From IMG/VR virus record IMGVR_UViG_3300027791_000001, positions 1 through 36,331 of that record: 36,331 nucleotides of DNA, one strand, 5' to 3'. The translations under genes and the position numbers were made by a program. The notes under the pieces are model-generated. The model made no database searches. It was not told the DNA's origin and was given only the letters and a program-made list of their open reading frames with translations. This document shows positions 23,373 to 31,605 of the stretch, one piece after another. Source of the stretch: a virus. Numbering within the stretch: the first letter of the stretch is position 1; the number at the start of each line of letters is the position of its first letter.

Positions 23373-25173
23373 GGTAGGGAAACTCTTCTCTCCTCGGCGT
23401 CTGAAGTCTCCTGTAGACTGGGCGTTCGATAACTGCGTTCTGAGAGACAATGTCTCCGAGCTTCCCGGATCTCTGAAGGTCTTTCCCTACGCTCAACAGC
23501 CTCTCAACGATCTGATCGATCCTACGATCAGCAAGATCACTCTCTGCTGGGGATCGCAGTCGAGCAAGACTACGACAATGTATGCAGGCATCGGATATCT
23601 CCTCAGCGAGTTTCCGAAGGACACGCTCTGGATCATGCCGAGCGCAGAGAACGCTCGTAACTTCTCGAAGGGTCGATGGCTTCCGTTCATCGACGACTGT
23701 AAGCCTCTCAAGGATCAATGTCCTTTGAGCGCAGCCACAGGCAGAGTCGATAGCGACAAGATCACGAACATGCGGCAGGAGTTCCTGTCATGCACTCTAA
23801 CCTTCGCCGGAGCAGGCTCCGAGAATAACGTGAAGTCGGCTCCGGTCGCCTATCTAGTTCTGGACGAGATCGACGAGATCGATCCGGACATTCGCCTAGC
23901 TGCGCTCGAACGTATTAAGGGTCGGCGAGAATATAAGATCATCCAGACAAGCACTCCCAAAGAAGAGACGGGAGGGATCTGGGAAGAGTATCTCTACGGC
24001 GATCAGCGCAGATACTACATGCCTTGTCCGCACTGCGAAGAGTTCATACAGTTCGAGTGGAGGCAGAAAGACAAGGAAGGAGCCTCTCGATACTCGATCA
24101 CGTTCGACGACGAAGCGAAGCTCGAAGACGGGAGCTACGACTTCGATCTCGTAGCATCGACAGCAGCTTATGTCTGTCCTTGCTGTAGCGGCAAGATCCT
24201 CGACGCTCATAAGCCTACGATGATTAAAAGCGGAGAGTGGAGATCTCAGAATCCTAACGCTCCCGCGAATCATCGAAGCTATCATCTTAACTCTCTCTAC
24301 GCTCCGGCGATGACTTTCTCCGCGCTCATCATTAACTGGCTACAGGTAAGCTCATCGATGCACGGTCTTCGCAAGTTCGTGCAAGGTAACTTGGCAGAGC
24401 CGTGGAAAGATGACTGGGCGAACCAAGAGCAGGCAGATGCAAACGAACTCGAACTCGACTACGAGCGCGGCGACCTTCGAGGCGAGTATCGAGTCATGGG
24501 AGTCGATACGCAGACAGACTCTTTCTGGTTCGTCGTTCGCGGCTTCGACCGAGATGGGACGAGCTATCTAATCGACTGCGGTCAAGTCGCCTCTTTCTCC
24601 GAGTTAGATCTTATCTACGATCAGCACAAAGCTCACGCAGCTATCATCGACTGCGCGGGCGATAGAACTTCTGAGATCTACGAGGATGTCTTTCGCCGTC
24701 GCTCTAAATGGTTCGGCTCTCGCGGCTGGAAGAACCTTCAAGGCGATCAGCCATATCGACTGCAGATGAAAGATCCTTTTACCGGAGACACGAAGGGTCG
24801 AGGCGGACGATCTAAGATCCGATACCTTCACGTCAATAAGAGCATATACGAGGAGGAGCTTTCTCGTCTTCGATCTCGACAGCTCTCCGGCTTCCACACT
24901 TTCACAGACACTCCGTCGGTCTACTACGATCAGCTCTTCTCGACTTACTGGACAAAGGAGACAGACCGAAGCGGTCACATTAAAGTCGTGAAGAAACTGA
25001 AGCGCAGCAAGGGAGATCACTTATGGGACTGCGAGATCCTCGCTCGCGCTCTGTCCAAGTTTATCGGCATAGCTCGAATCGATCGAGGAGATATGCCGAC
25101 AATGTTTGACGAGCGTCCTCCCAGAAAGCGCGACGCATCGACGCGAAGCCGCAGTTCTACGGGCTTTTGGTAG
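23326..25173 (+). CDS. terL: Terminase large subunit, lambda GpA family
   Basis: FPYAQQPLNDL..ITLCWGSQSSKTT (P-loop)..LWIMPSAENARNFSKGRWLPFIDD, Walker B YLVLDEIDE, and a Cys4 finger CPHCEEF...CPCCSG, all typical of GpA-type terminases. The start may be ATG 23350. Confidence 0.85.
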   Translation: MQKNSRQKMASLLKNEVGKLFSPRRLKSPVDWAFDNCVLRDNVSELPGSLKVFPYAQQPLNDLIDPTISKITLCWGSQSSKTTTMYAGIGYLLSEFPKDTLWIMPSAENARNFSKGRWLPFIDDCKPLKDQCPLSAATGRVDSDKITNMRQEFLSCTLTFAGAGSENNVKSAPVAYLVLDEIDEIDPDIRLAALERIKGRREYKIIQTSTPKEETGGIWEEYLYGDQRRYYMPCPHCEEFIQFEWRQKDKEGASRYSITFDDEAKLEDGSYDFDLVASTAAYVCPCCSGKILDAHKPTMIKSGEWRSQNPNAPANHRSYHLNSLYAPAMTFSALIINWLQVSSSMHGLRKFVQGNLAEPWKDDWANQEQADANELELDYERGDLRGEYRVMGVDTQTDSFWFVVRGFDRDGTSYLIDCGQVASFSELDLIYDQHKAHAAIIDCAGDRTSEIYEDVFRRRSKWFGSRGWKNLQGDQPYRLQMKDPFTGDTKGRGGRSKIRYLHVNKSIYEEELSRLRSRQLSGFHTFTDTPSVYYDQLFSTYWTKETDRSGHIKVVKKLKRSKGDHLWDCEILARALSKFIGIARIDRGDMPTMFDERPPRKRDASTRSRSSTGFW

Positions 25174-25184
25174 GTATAAAAAAA

Positions 25185-25291
25185 AGTGAAAAAATAGTGA
25201 AATAAGGTATTGACGTCCTCAAACCTGTCGTTCTTTATGTGTTCTATCGAAGCGATTAACGCCTAGAAAAAACCTAATAAAAAACACGACT
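25185..25291 (+). promoter_or_regulatory. Conserved promoter + 5' leader cassette, copy 3
   Basis: GTGAA x2 (11 bp apart), TTGACG at 25210-25215, 17 nt, CTTTAT, ..TCTATCGAAGCGATTAACGCCTAGAAAAAACCTAATAAAAAACACGACTATG. Confidence 0.55.
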
Positions 25292-25528
25292 ATGAAAAAC
25301 ACTACTTACGCTACCGTTTCTATTCACTACTCAGATCATGTCTACGTCGCGACTGTCAGACGCATCGAGGACATCGTCCGCTATCTCAAAAGCGAGACTC
25401 GCCGCTTCGCAGTATCGAGCGACTTCAAGGTCTTCAACGCGAAGAGCAAGTCATTCGAGAACAAGCTCGAAGATGCGCTGTTCTGCGATAACTCTTTCGA
25501 CAATCTCGTCGGCATCTTTGAACTCTAA
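25292..25528 (+). CDS. Hypothetical protein (78 aa), cassette cargo
   Basis: ATG directly after the leader. No motif recognised. Confidence 0.6.
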   Translation: MKNTTYATVSIHYSDHVYVATVRRIEDIVRYLKSETRRFAVSSDFKVFNAKSKSFENKLEDALFCDNSFDNLVGIFEL

Positions 25529-25567
25529 AAAATTTTGTGTCATAACGTGTAACAAATAATAGGTTAA

Positions 25568-25602
25568 GCCTCGCTCGGAGTCGTGTCTGAGCGGGGCTTT
25601 TT
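25568..25602 (+). terminator. Rho-independent terminator
   Basis: GCCTCGCTC-(12-nt loop)-GAGCGGGGC followed by TTTTT. Confidence 0.65.
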
Positions 25603-25616
25603 CGTGCCTAAAAATA

Positions 25617-25719
25617 AGTGAAAGAAAAGTGAATAAGGTATTGACTCGACGATCTTATTAGTTTTCTATCTTTCATATCGAAGCGATTAACGCCTAGAAA
25701 AAACCTAAAAACACGACTC
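25617..25719 (+). promoter_or_regulatory. Conserved promoter + 5' leader cassette, copy 4
   Basis: GTGAA x2 (11 bp apart), TTGACT at 25641-25646, 17 nt, TTCTAT, CTTTCATATCGAAGCGATTAACGCCTAGAAAAAACCTAAAAACACGACTCATG. Confidence 0.55.
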
Positions 25720-26442
25720 ATGAATCACGACACTATCAAAAAAAGCGACGCCTACAAAAACGACGACAACGCCTGCACAGTAGTAACTCTCGCCGTTATC
25801 GCAGGCATCAAGTTCGAGGACGCTCAAGCTGTTATGGCAGACGCCGGTCGCAAACTGAATCAAGGATGCCAGAGAAGAATCTACGATTCGGTCTACAGCA
25901 AGTTTTTCAAGTTCAACAAGAGCGGTCTAGATTCTTACAATGGCAAAACAGTTTGCCAGTTCATGAAGGGCGCACGGAAGTTCCTCAAAAATAACACGGT
26001 CGCGGTTCTTACAAGCGATCACATCTTCGCCGTAAAGAACGGCAAGATCGAAGACTGGATGAGCGCGAATCGCAGACATCGCATCGAGAGCATCTACGTA
26101 GTCGAGGAGACACTCCAAGACGTAGACTGTGCAGACGCTCTCGTAAGAGGTCGCAAGATCGTAGCGGACAGCCTAGCGAAGAGCCAAGCGAAGCTCGAAA
26201 AGAAGAAGGCTAGCTTCACTACTCGCGTCTACAACAAACACGAGAAGAGCTTCTGCGATTTCAAGTATACCTTCAAGATGGTCGCGAAGACCGGCGACGT
26301 GAAGGTCAAGTTCGTCCGCTACGCAGATAATGCCGATTGGCTCGACGCTTTCCTCAACAAGTATGCCGAGCATTACACGATCGATGCCGACGTTCAGAGA
26401 AACAGTCACAAACTTCCGGAGGTAAGCGTCTCTAAAGTATAG
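25720..26442 (+). CDS. Hypothetical protein (240 aa), cassette cargo; possible papain-like Cys/His/Asp fold at the N-terminus
   Basis: NDDNACTVVTLAV (Cys19) ... TSDHIFAVKNGKIEDW (His, then Asp/Glu) has the spacing typical of C39-like/papain-fold domains. By eye only. Confidence 0.3.
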   Translation: MNHDTIKKSDAYKNDDNACTVVTLAVIAGIKFEDAQAVMADAGRKLNQGCQRRIYDSVYSKFFKFNKSGLDSYNGKTVCQFMKGARKFLKNNTVAVLTSDHIFAVKNGKIEDWMSANRRHRIESIYVVEETLQDVDCADALVRGRKIVADSLAKSQAKLEKKKASFTTRVYNKHEKSFCDFKYTFKMVAKTGDVKVKFVRYADNADWLDAFLNKYAEHYTIDADVQRNSHKLPEVSVSKV

Positions 26443-26546
26443 TGAAAAAAAAGTGAATAAGGCATTGACTCGATCAAATTCATCCTACTTTATCTTTCAT
26501 ATCGGAGCGATTCACGCCTCGAATAACCTAAAAAAAACACACGACT
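26441..26546 (+). promoter_or_regulatory. Conserved promoter + 5' leader cassette, copy 5
   Basis: Begins inside the stop codon of the upstream gene. GTGAA x2 (11 bp apart), TTGACT at 26465-26470, 17 nt, CTTTAT, CTTTCATATCGGAGCGATTCACGCCTCGAATAACCTAAAAAAAACACACGACTATG. Confidence 0.55.
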
Positions 26547-26873
26547 ATGAAACTCAAAAACTACTCAACACTTAAATCAAACTGGTCTGGCGAGAGCGTA
26601 GACTTCAAAGCTAACGACACTCGTCTCGCATGCAAAGAGTATGACAAGGACATGACTATCGTTCATTCGTTCGACGCTAATAACGACGGAAGCAAGTATG
26701 ACGTCGAGATCCTAAATTACACAGACAAGGACGGCGGCTCCTTCAAGGCTACTAAATTCGTAAGCGAAGAAAAGTGGACTGTCCTAGACGACGACTACAA
26801 TAATTACTCATTCTGCTTCGAGTCAGATTGTCCTCACGAAGCAGTCATCAAGATGATCGCTAACGTATGCTAG
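26547..26873 (+). CDS. Hypothetical protein (108 aa), cassette cargo
   Basis: ATG directly after the leader. Acidic. No motif recognised. Confidence 0.6.
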   Translation: MKLKNYSTLKSNWSGESVDFKANDTRLACKEYDKDMTIVHSFDANNDGSKYDVEILNYTDKDGGSFKATKFVSEEKWTVLDDDYNNYSFCFESDCPHEAVIKMIANVC

Positions 26874-26897
26874 AGCTTTAGCACTCCACACTCCAAA

Positions 26898-26926
26898 GCC
26901 TCTCCGCGAAAGCAGGGAGGCTTTTT
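26898..26926 (+). terminator. Rho-independent terminator with GAAA tetraloop
   Basis: GCCTCTCCGC-GAAA-GCAGGGAGGC (one internal mismatch) followed by TTTTT. Confidence 0.75.
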
Positions 26927-26953
26927 CGTATATTGACATAGGAGCCTTTGACG

Positions 26954-27196
26954 ATGGCGTCTACTACTACTACAGCTCAACTGATCGCGATACGAGACAA
27001 GCTCTTGACTGCGATCTTAAAACTCGCAGAGGAAGGAGTCACCTCCTACAGCATCGGAGATCAGACTTTCTCCCTAGCAGACGTCGGAAGTCTGATCACA
27101 CAGGTCGAGAAGCTAGACCGGCTCATCGCTCTGAAGGATAAGACTCTCGGAGGTCGAGGTCGCAATCGAATCACGCTTCAGAATTTTAATGGATAA
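26954..27196 (+). CDS. gpW-like head-tail joining protein
   Basis: ~80 aa, immediately upstream of a lambda-type portal. AQLIAIRDKLLTAILKLAEEGVTSYSIGDQTFSLADVGSLITQVEKLDRLIA resembles the gpW helix-hairpin-helix pattern. SD-like TAGGAG 9 nt upstream of ATG 26954. Confidence 0.5.
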   Translation: MASTTTTAQLIAIRDKLLTAILKLAEEGVTSYSIGDQTFSLADVGSLITQVEKLDRLIALKDKTLGGRGRNRITLQNFNG

Positions 27197-28655
27197 AAAA
27201 ACGAAAAAACCGAGCAGAGTCTCATTCGCCTTCAAGCAATTTGTCAGAGCCTTTCAAGGCTACGACGCAGTTCGCAATACTCGATACAGAGCAAAGCGAG
27301 GCAACCTTCCGGTGAGATCCGAAGAGGTCGAGCTTAACGAATACGACAGAGATCGCATGATCTCGACATGCTTAGAGTTCCGCAGGAACAATCCTGTAGT
27401 CGCCTCGCTGTCTAGACTTCGCAAGGCAGACATCGTAGGCAGGGGAATCATCCCGCAACCATCGACAGGAAACGACGACACAGACGCTCATATTCTCGAA
27501 TGCTGGAACAAGTTCGCAGAGTCTCCAGAAGCCACAGGCATGATGGACATGCGCGAGATGCAGCAGCAGATGATCGACTCGCTCCTATTCTACGGCGACT
27601 GCGGTCTGATCGTAGGCAAGGATCAAGTTCAATTCGTGGACGGATCTCGTATCGGAAATCCTAGCGGAGCGTTTACATCGAACGAACAATCAGAATTTCA
27701 GAACGGGGTAGAGATCGACAAGATCGGTAAGCCTGTCGCCTACGTCGTCGGTAATCGCGTCGCAGGTAGTCTAAAAGACACGCAGGTCATACCGGCTAGG
27801 GACTTTATCCCTTTCCTACGTCGCGTCCGTCCTAACCAATACAGAGGCGTTCCAGAGCTATCGTCAGTAATTAACACTTTACAGGACTGCGACGAGTATG
27901 ATCGCGTCGAGATGATGGCGGCTAAAGTCAGCGCATCTCTGGCGGTCGCAGTTAAGCGCGAGAACTCCTACGAGTTCGAGCTACAGAATCGACTAGACGG
28001 AAGCGAGCAGGACGCTCTGGGCAATCTAGAAGAGTTCCAGCCCGGACGCTTTCACTACTTAGAGCCGGGCGAAGACATCAGCGTCATCGGCGCGAACGGA
28101 CGTCCGAACGTAGACGGGATCCAGTGGGTCTCCTATCTGCTACGCAAGGTCGGAAGCGCGGTCGGCATTCCTCTAGAGTTCTTACTTATGGAGATCGGCG
28201 GCAGCTCCTTCTCTGCATCTCAAGGCGTCGTCCTCCAGTATCAGCAAACAGTCGAGAGCTATCAGACGGATCTTATCCGTATCATGAGTCGGCTCTACCG
28301 CCGCTGGCTCTCCCAGAAGATCGCTAGCGAGAAGATCGACGTATCCTTAGCGGCTAACCCTTTCGCGGTTCGCTGGCAGCGTCCGGCGTTCCGATGGATC
28401 AATCGCGCGGCGCAGGTTAAGGCAGACATGGAATACTTCAGAGCTGGAGCTATGTCGCTCGACGACATCACGGCTCCCTTCGGCTATACTGCCGAGGAGG
28501 TTCTTATGAGAAAGGCGCAGAACATTAAGAAGGCTCAAGAGATCGCCGAAGGCGCAGGTCTCGAATGGCGAGAGCTAATCAATCCATTCCCCACATCGAT
28601 GAGCGGCAACTACTCAGAGGTCGTGTCGAGCGGAGACGCAGAGCCGGAAGTCTAG
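27189..28655 (+). CDS. Portal protein (lambda gpB / Phage_portal_2 type)
   Basis: 488 aa. The N-terminal QGYDAVRNTRYRAKRG...DRDRMISTCLEFRRNNPVVASL pattern is typical of lambda-family portals. Position fits between gpW and the protease. Confidence 0.8.
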   Translation: MDKKTKKPSRVSFAFKQFVRAFQGYDAVRNTRYRAKRGNLPVRSEEVELNEYDRDRMISTCLEFRRNNPVVASLSRLRKADIVGRGIIPQPSTGNDDTDAHILECWNKFAESPEATGMMDMREMQQQMIDSLLFYGDCGLIVGKDQVQFVDGSRIGNPSGAFTSNEQSEFQNGVEIDKIGKPVAYVVGNRVAGSLKDTQVIPARDFIPFLRRVRPNQYRGVPELSSVINTLQDCDEYDRVEMMAAKVSASLAVAVKRENSYEFELQNRLDGSEQDALGNLEEFQPGRFHYLEPGEDISVIGANGRPNVDGIQWVSYLLRKVGSAVGIPLEFLLMEIGGSSFSASQGVVLQYQQTVESYQTDLIRIMSRLYRRWLSQKIASEKIDVSLAANPFAVRWQRPAFRWINRAAQVKADMEYFRAGAMSLDDITAPFGYTAEEVLMRKAQNIKKAQEIAEGAGLEWRELINPFPTSMSGNYSEVVSSGDAEPEV

Positions 28656-28658
28656 ATC

Positions 28659-30212
28659 ATGGCAGAGACTTACAACGACTATCCTCAAGGAGCTACGAAT
28701 AATGCGAAGCGAGCCTTAAAGTATAAGGACGAGAATGCAGACAACAAATGCGGAACTCCTGTAGGATGGGCGCGAGCTAATCAATTAGCCAAGCGCGAGA
28801 AGATCAGTCGAGAGACTATCGCTCGCATGGCATCCTTCAAACGACATCAGAAGAGCAAGGACGTTCCCTACTCCGAAGGATGCGGAGGTCTTATGTGGGA
28901 CGCTTGGGGAGGCTCCTCTGGAGTGAACTGGGCGATCTCTAAACTAAAGAAAATTGACAAAGCGGCTCAAAGTATGTCGAGACAATTTGCATTCGGAGTA
29001 GAGTCAAACAGAGAGACTCAAGTCAATAACGAGGACGGGACTATGCTCTCGGTCGCTCTCATATCAGTGGGGTCGGCTTTAGGTCACGGACTCTACGTGG
29101 ATGCTAAGTCTCTAGAGACGATCATCGATGAGCTAGAAGACACTAAACTTCCTGCCTATATAACGCACAGGGGCGCACTCTTCGAGGATCGCCTAACTCG
29201 CGAGATAGGCATGTTCGACAATTTTCGTATCGAAGGAGATCGTCTGCTCGGAGACTTCCAAGCGTTCGACTCGTTTCGAGAGGACGACAGTCGCAAATAC
29301 AATCGACTGTTCGAGATGGCTGAGAAGATGCCAGAGCGATTCGGACTCAGTATCGTGTTTGAAGCAGACATCACATGGGCGACTCCGGACGGAGACGTTC
29401 CTATGGGACGCCTTCCCAATAATGACAGCGATCGTCTATACGACGAAAACAATCCTCCAGAGGATGCGCTGTTTGAATATCCATCTATTCGCGTCGAGGA
29501 AGTTTCTAGCGCGGACTTCGTAGACTCTCCTGCCGCTAATCAGCGAGGGCTATTTTCTATAATTGACACTAAACCTAATTACAAGATGACAAAAGCAGAA
29601 CTAACTGAACTTAACGAAAAGCTGAAACAGGAGAATGAAACTCTCGCGCTCAGTGTAACCGACTCCGAGGCTCGCGTAGAAGAGCTAGAATTTAAACTTA
29701 AAGACAGCTCTGCTGCTCTCGTAGAAGACGGCGAAGAAGTCGTCGAGGACGAAGAGGCTGAAGTCGAAGAAGTCGTCGAAGACGAAGAGGCTAAAGTCGA
29801 AGAAGAGCTAGTCGAAGAAGACGAGGTCGTCGAAGAAGATGCCGAAGTCGAAGAAGAGGTCGTCGTCGAAGACGAAGAAAGCTCACTCGAAGAACTCAAA
29901 AAGGAGATTGCTTCAAAGCTCGAAGAGATCGCCGGACTAAATTCCAAGCTCGAAGAGATGGAAAAAGAGATGAGCGAAGATCAAGAGAAGATGGAGGCAA
30001 AAGCCTCGAAGCTATCCTCGAAGGTCGCTACTCTAGAAAAACTTATCGAAGGCTCTGATCTCATACAGACATCTGTAGGAGATGAGGTCTACGAACCAAG
30101 CAAAGCCAATCGCTCAAAAGTGATCTCGGAATTTGCTAAAGAAAACAACATCTCAGAGTTCGCAGCGACTCTTCGCCTCGGCAAAGATCGTCCAGAACTC
30201 TTTCAAATCTAA
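28659..30212 (+). CDS. Prohead protease (HK97/S78-like) fused to a C-terminal acidic coiled-coil scaffold-like domain, with an extra N-terminal domain
   Basis: LPAYITHRG...EIGMFDNFRIEGDRLLGDF...RFGLSIVFE resembles the His and Ser regions of S78 proteases. The C-terminal ~190 aa are coiled coil with (E/D/V)-rich repeats. N-terminal AKRALKYKDE...GTPVGWARANQLAKREKIS..TIARMASFKRH...WGGSSGVNWA is a recurrent phage head-module domain. Confidence 0.55.
   Translation: MAETYNDYPQGATNNAKRALKYKDENADNKCGTPVGWARANQLAKREKISRETIARMASFKRHQKSKDVPYSEGCGGLMWDAWGGSSGVNWAISKLKKIDKAAQSMSRQFAFGVESNRETQVNNEDGTMLSVALISVGSALGHGLYVDAKSLETIIDELEDTKLPAYITHRGALFEDRLTREIGMFDNFRIEGDRLLGDFQAFDSFREDDSRKYNRLFEMAEKMPERFGLSIVFEADITWATPDGDVPMGRLPNNDSDRLYDENNPPEDALFEYPSIRVEEVSSADFVDSPAANQRGLFSIIDTKPNYKMTKAELTELNEKLKQENETLALSVTDSEARVEELEFKLKDSSAALVEDGEEVVEDEEAEVEEVVEDEEAKVEEELVEEDEVVEEDAEVEEEVVVEDEESSLEELKKEIASKLEEIAGLNSKLEEMEKEMSEDQEKMEAKASKLSSKVATLEKLIEGSDLIQTSVGDEVYEPSKANRSKVISEFAKENNISEFAATLRLGKDRPELFQI
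29716..29880. repeat. Degenerate GAA/GAC/GTC-rich tandem repeats encoding an acidic E/D/V tract
   Basis: gaagaagtcgtcga(g/a)gacgaagaggct(g/a)aagtc appears twice in tandem, followed by further related units. Confidence 0.8.
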
Positions 30213-30233
30213 CCCAACAAAATAACTAACATT

Positions 30234-30599
30234 ATGTCAGCAACAACTGTATCAAACAATGCTCGCACTTTCGTAGCAGGAGAGGCTCTATCGCCTTATC
30301 TTCTCGTCAAAGTCGAATCCGATGGCGACGTAGTTAAGTGTGGCGCGGCTGCGGATCAACCCGTCGTCGGTCTCACTACTGCTCCCGCCGCTAATACCGA
30401 AGCAACTTCCGTCTCTCTAGTGAACGGAGGAGGCACAGCTTTCGCAACTGCTAACGAAGCAATCGCCGCAGGCGATCTCGTCTTCACTGCAGCAGGTGGA
30501 AAAGTCACATCTAGCGTCGCTCTTCACACTAAAGTAGGAGTAGCTATCACAGCATCTTCTGCGGATGACGATATCATCGAGATATCCTTCTTCCAGTAA
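30234..30599 (+). CDS. Head decoration / capsid cement protein (DUF2190-like)
   Basis: 121 aa, Ala/Gly/Val-rich, between protease and capsid. FVAGEALSPYLLVK...VVGLT...EAIAAGDLVFTAAGGKVT fits the DUF2190 pattern. Confidence 0.55.
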   Translation: MSATTVSNNARTFVAGEALSPYLLVKVESDGDVVKCGAAADQPVVGLTTAPAANTEATSVSLVNGGGTAFATANEAIAAGDLVFTAAGGKVTSSVALHTKVGVAITASSADDDIIEISFFQ

Positions 30600-30621
30600 T
30601 CCTTAACTTACTACATCAAAA

Positions 30622-31539
30622 ATGAGCTTATACACATCAGCCACATTCAATCCAGTTCTCTCCGAGGCTCTTAACAAGATCGGCGAAAACCAATTCGTAG
30701 GAACTAAGATCCTTCCTGTTCGCGATGTCGCGACCAAGAGCGGTCAGTATCCTGTTTTCGGCGACGATCAGTTCGATCTCAACGCTTCCAAAGTTCGCGC
30801 TGCAGGCTCTGCCTTCGCACGTCGCGATTTCGCATACGGTCAGCAAGACTACTCTTGCAAGCAATACGCTCTCGAAGGTCTACTTCCTGACGAAGACGTA
30901 ACGCAAGCAAGCGACGACGGCATCTCTGATTCCGCAGCAGCTATCGCTAAGAAGCTACAGCGCGACATCATGGTAGGTCACGAGCTTCGTGTAGCTTCCC
31001 TAATGGCAGCAGCAGGCTTCAACAGCACAAACGCTACACAAACTATGGCTACTAGCGCGACAGCTAAACCTATCGCGGATATCCAGAACGCTGTAGAGCG
31101 TCTTAACGGTAACGGCTTCTACGATGGCATCGCGCTCATCATGGAGACTTCTCTGTTCAACGCTATGCTCAACACAGACGACGTCCGTGGAATCTTCAAC
31201 GGCAACGGTCAATACAGCAATCGTCAAGTCATCCTCGACGCTCTAGGTGTTAATGAAATCATCATCACTCCTACTCGCTACAACAGCGCAGCCAAGGGAG
31301 CCACAGCATCTCGCTCCAAGATCTGGTCTACAAATTCCTACTTCGTAGGTCAAGTAGCAGGAGGCGACTTCGCTAACGGAGGCTTCGGTCGCACACTATC
31401 CTACAGCGCAGACGGCGGCGTCTTCTCTGCAGAGCAGTATCGCGATGAGCCAATCAAGAGCGATGTCCTTCGCGTCTTCAACAGCGTAGACGAGTCGATC
31501 ATCAATACTAACGCCTGCGAAAAGATCGCAAGCGCGTAG
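30622..31539 (+). CDS. Major capsid protein
   Basis: 305 aa, follows the decoration gene and precedes the strongest terminator. G-poor, A-rich leader. The lambda-like order W-B-C-D-E supports the call; the specific family is not verified. Confidence 0.7.
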   Translation: MSLYTSATFNPVLSEALNKIGENQFVGTKILPVRDVATKSGQYPVFGDDQFDLNASKVRAAGSAFARRDFAYGQQDYSCKQYALEGLLPDEDVTQASDDGISDSAAAIAKKLQRDIMVGHELRVASLMAAAGFNSTNATQTMATSATAKPIADIQNAVERLNGNGFYDGIALIMETSLFNAMLNTDDVRGIFNGNGQYSNRQVILDALGVNEIIITPTRYNSAAKGATASRSKIWSTNSYFVGQVAGGDFANGGFGRTLSYSADGGVFSAEQYRDEPIKSDVLRVFNSVDESIINTNACEKIASA

Positions 31540-31561
31540 TCGATATAGCTATCACTTATCA

Positions 31562-31592
31562 GCCTCTCCCGCTAGACGGGAGGGGCTTTTTT
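31562..31592 (+). terminator. Rho-independent terminator
   Basis: GCCTCTCCCG-ctaga-CGGGAGGGGC (10-bp stem) followed by TTTTTT. Confidence 0.85.
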
Positions 31593-31605
31593 GTGCCTAA
31601 AATAA

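Noticed and set aside
26931-26953. TATTGACA after terminator 26898-26926 (and TTTACA at 32149-32154) as promoters for gpW and the connector genes
   Set aside because: The -35-like boxes lie only 15-17 nt upstream of the ATGs, so a sigma70-type start site would fall at or beyond the start codon. These segments more plausibly provide the SD-like TAGGAG and GAGG.
29579-29947. Minus-strand 122-aa Ser-rich ORF
   Set aside because: It is the antisense shadow of the GAA/GAC/GTC acidic repeat tract of the protease-scaffold gene.
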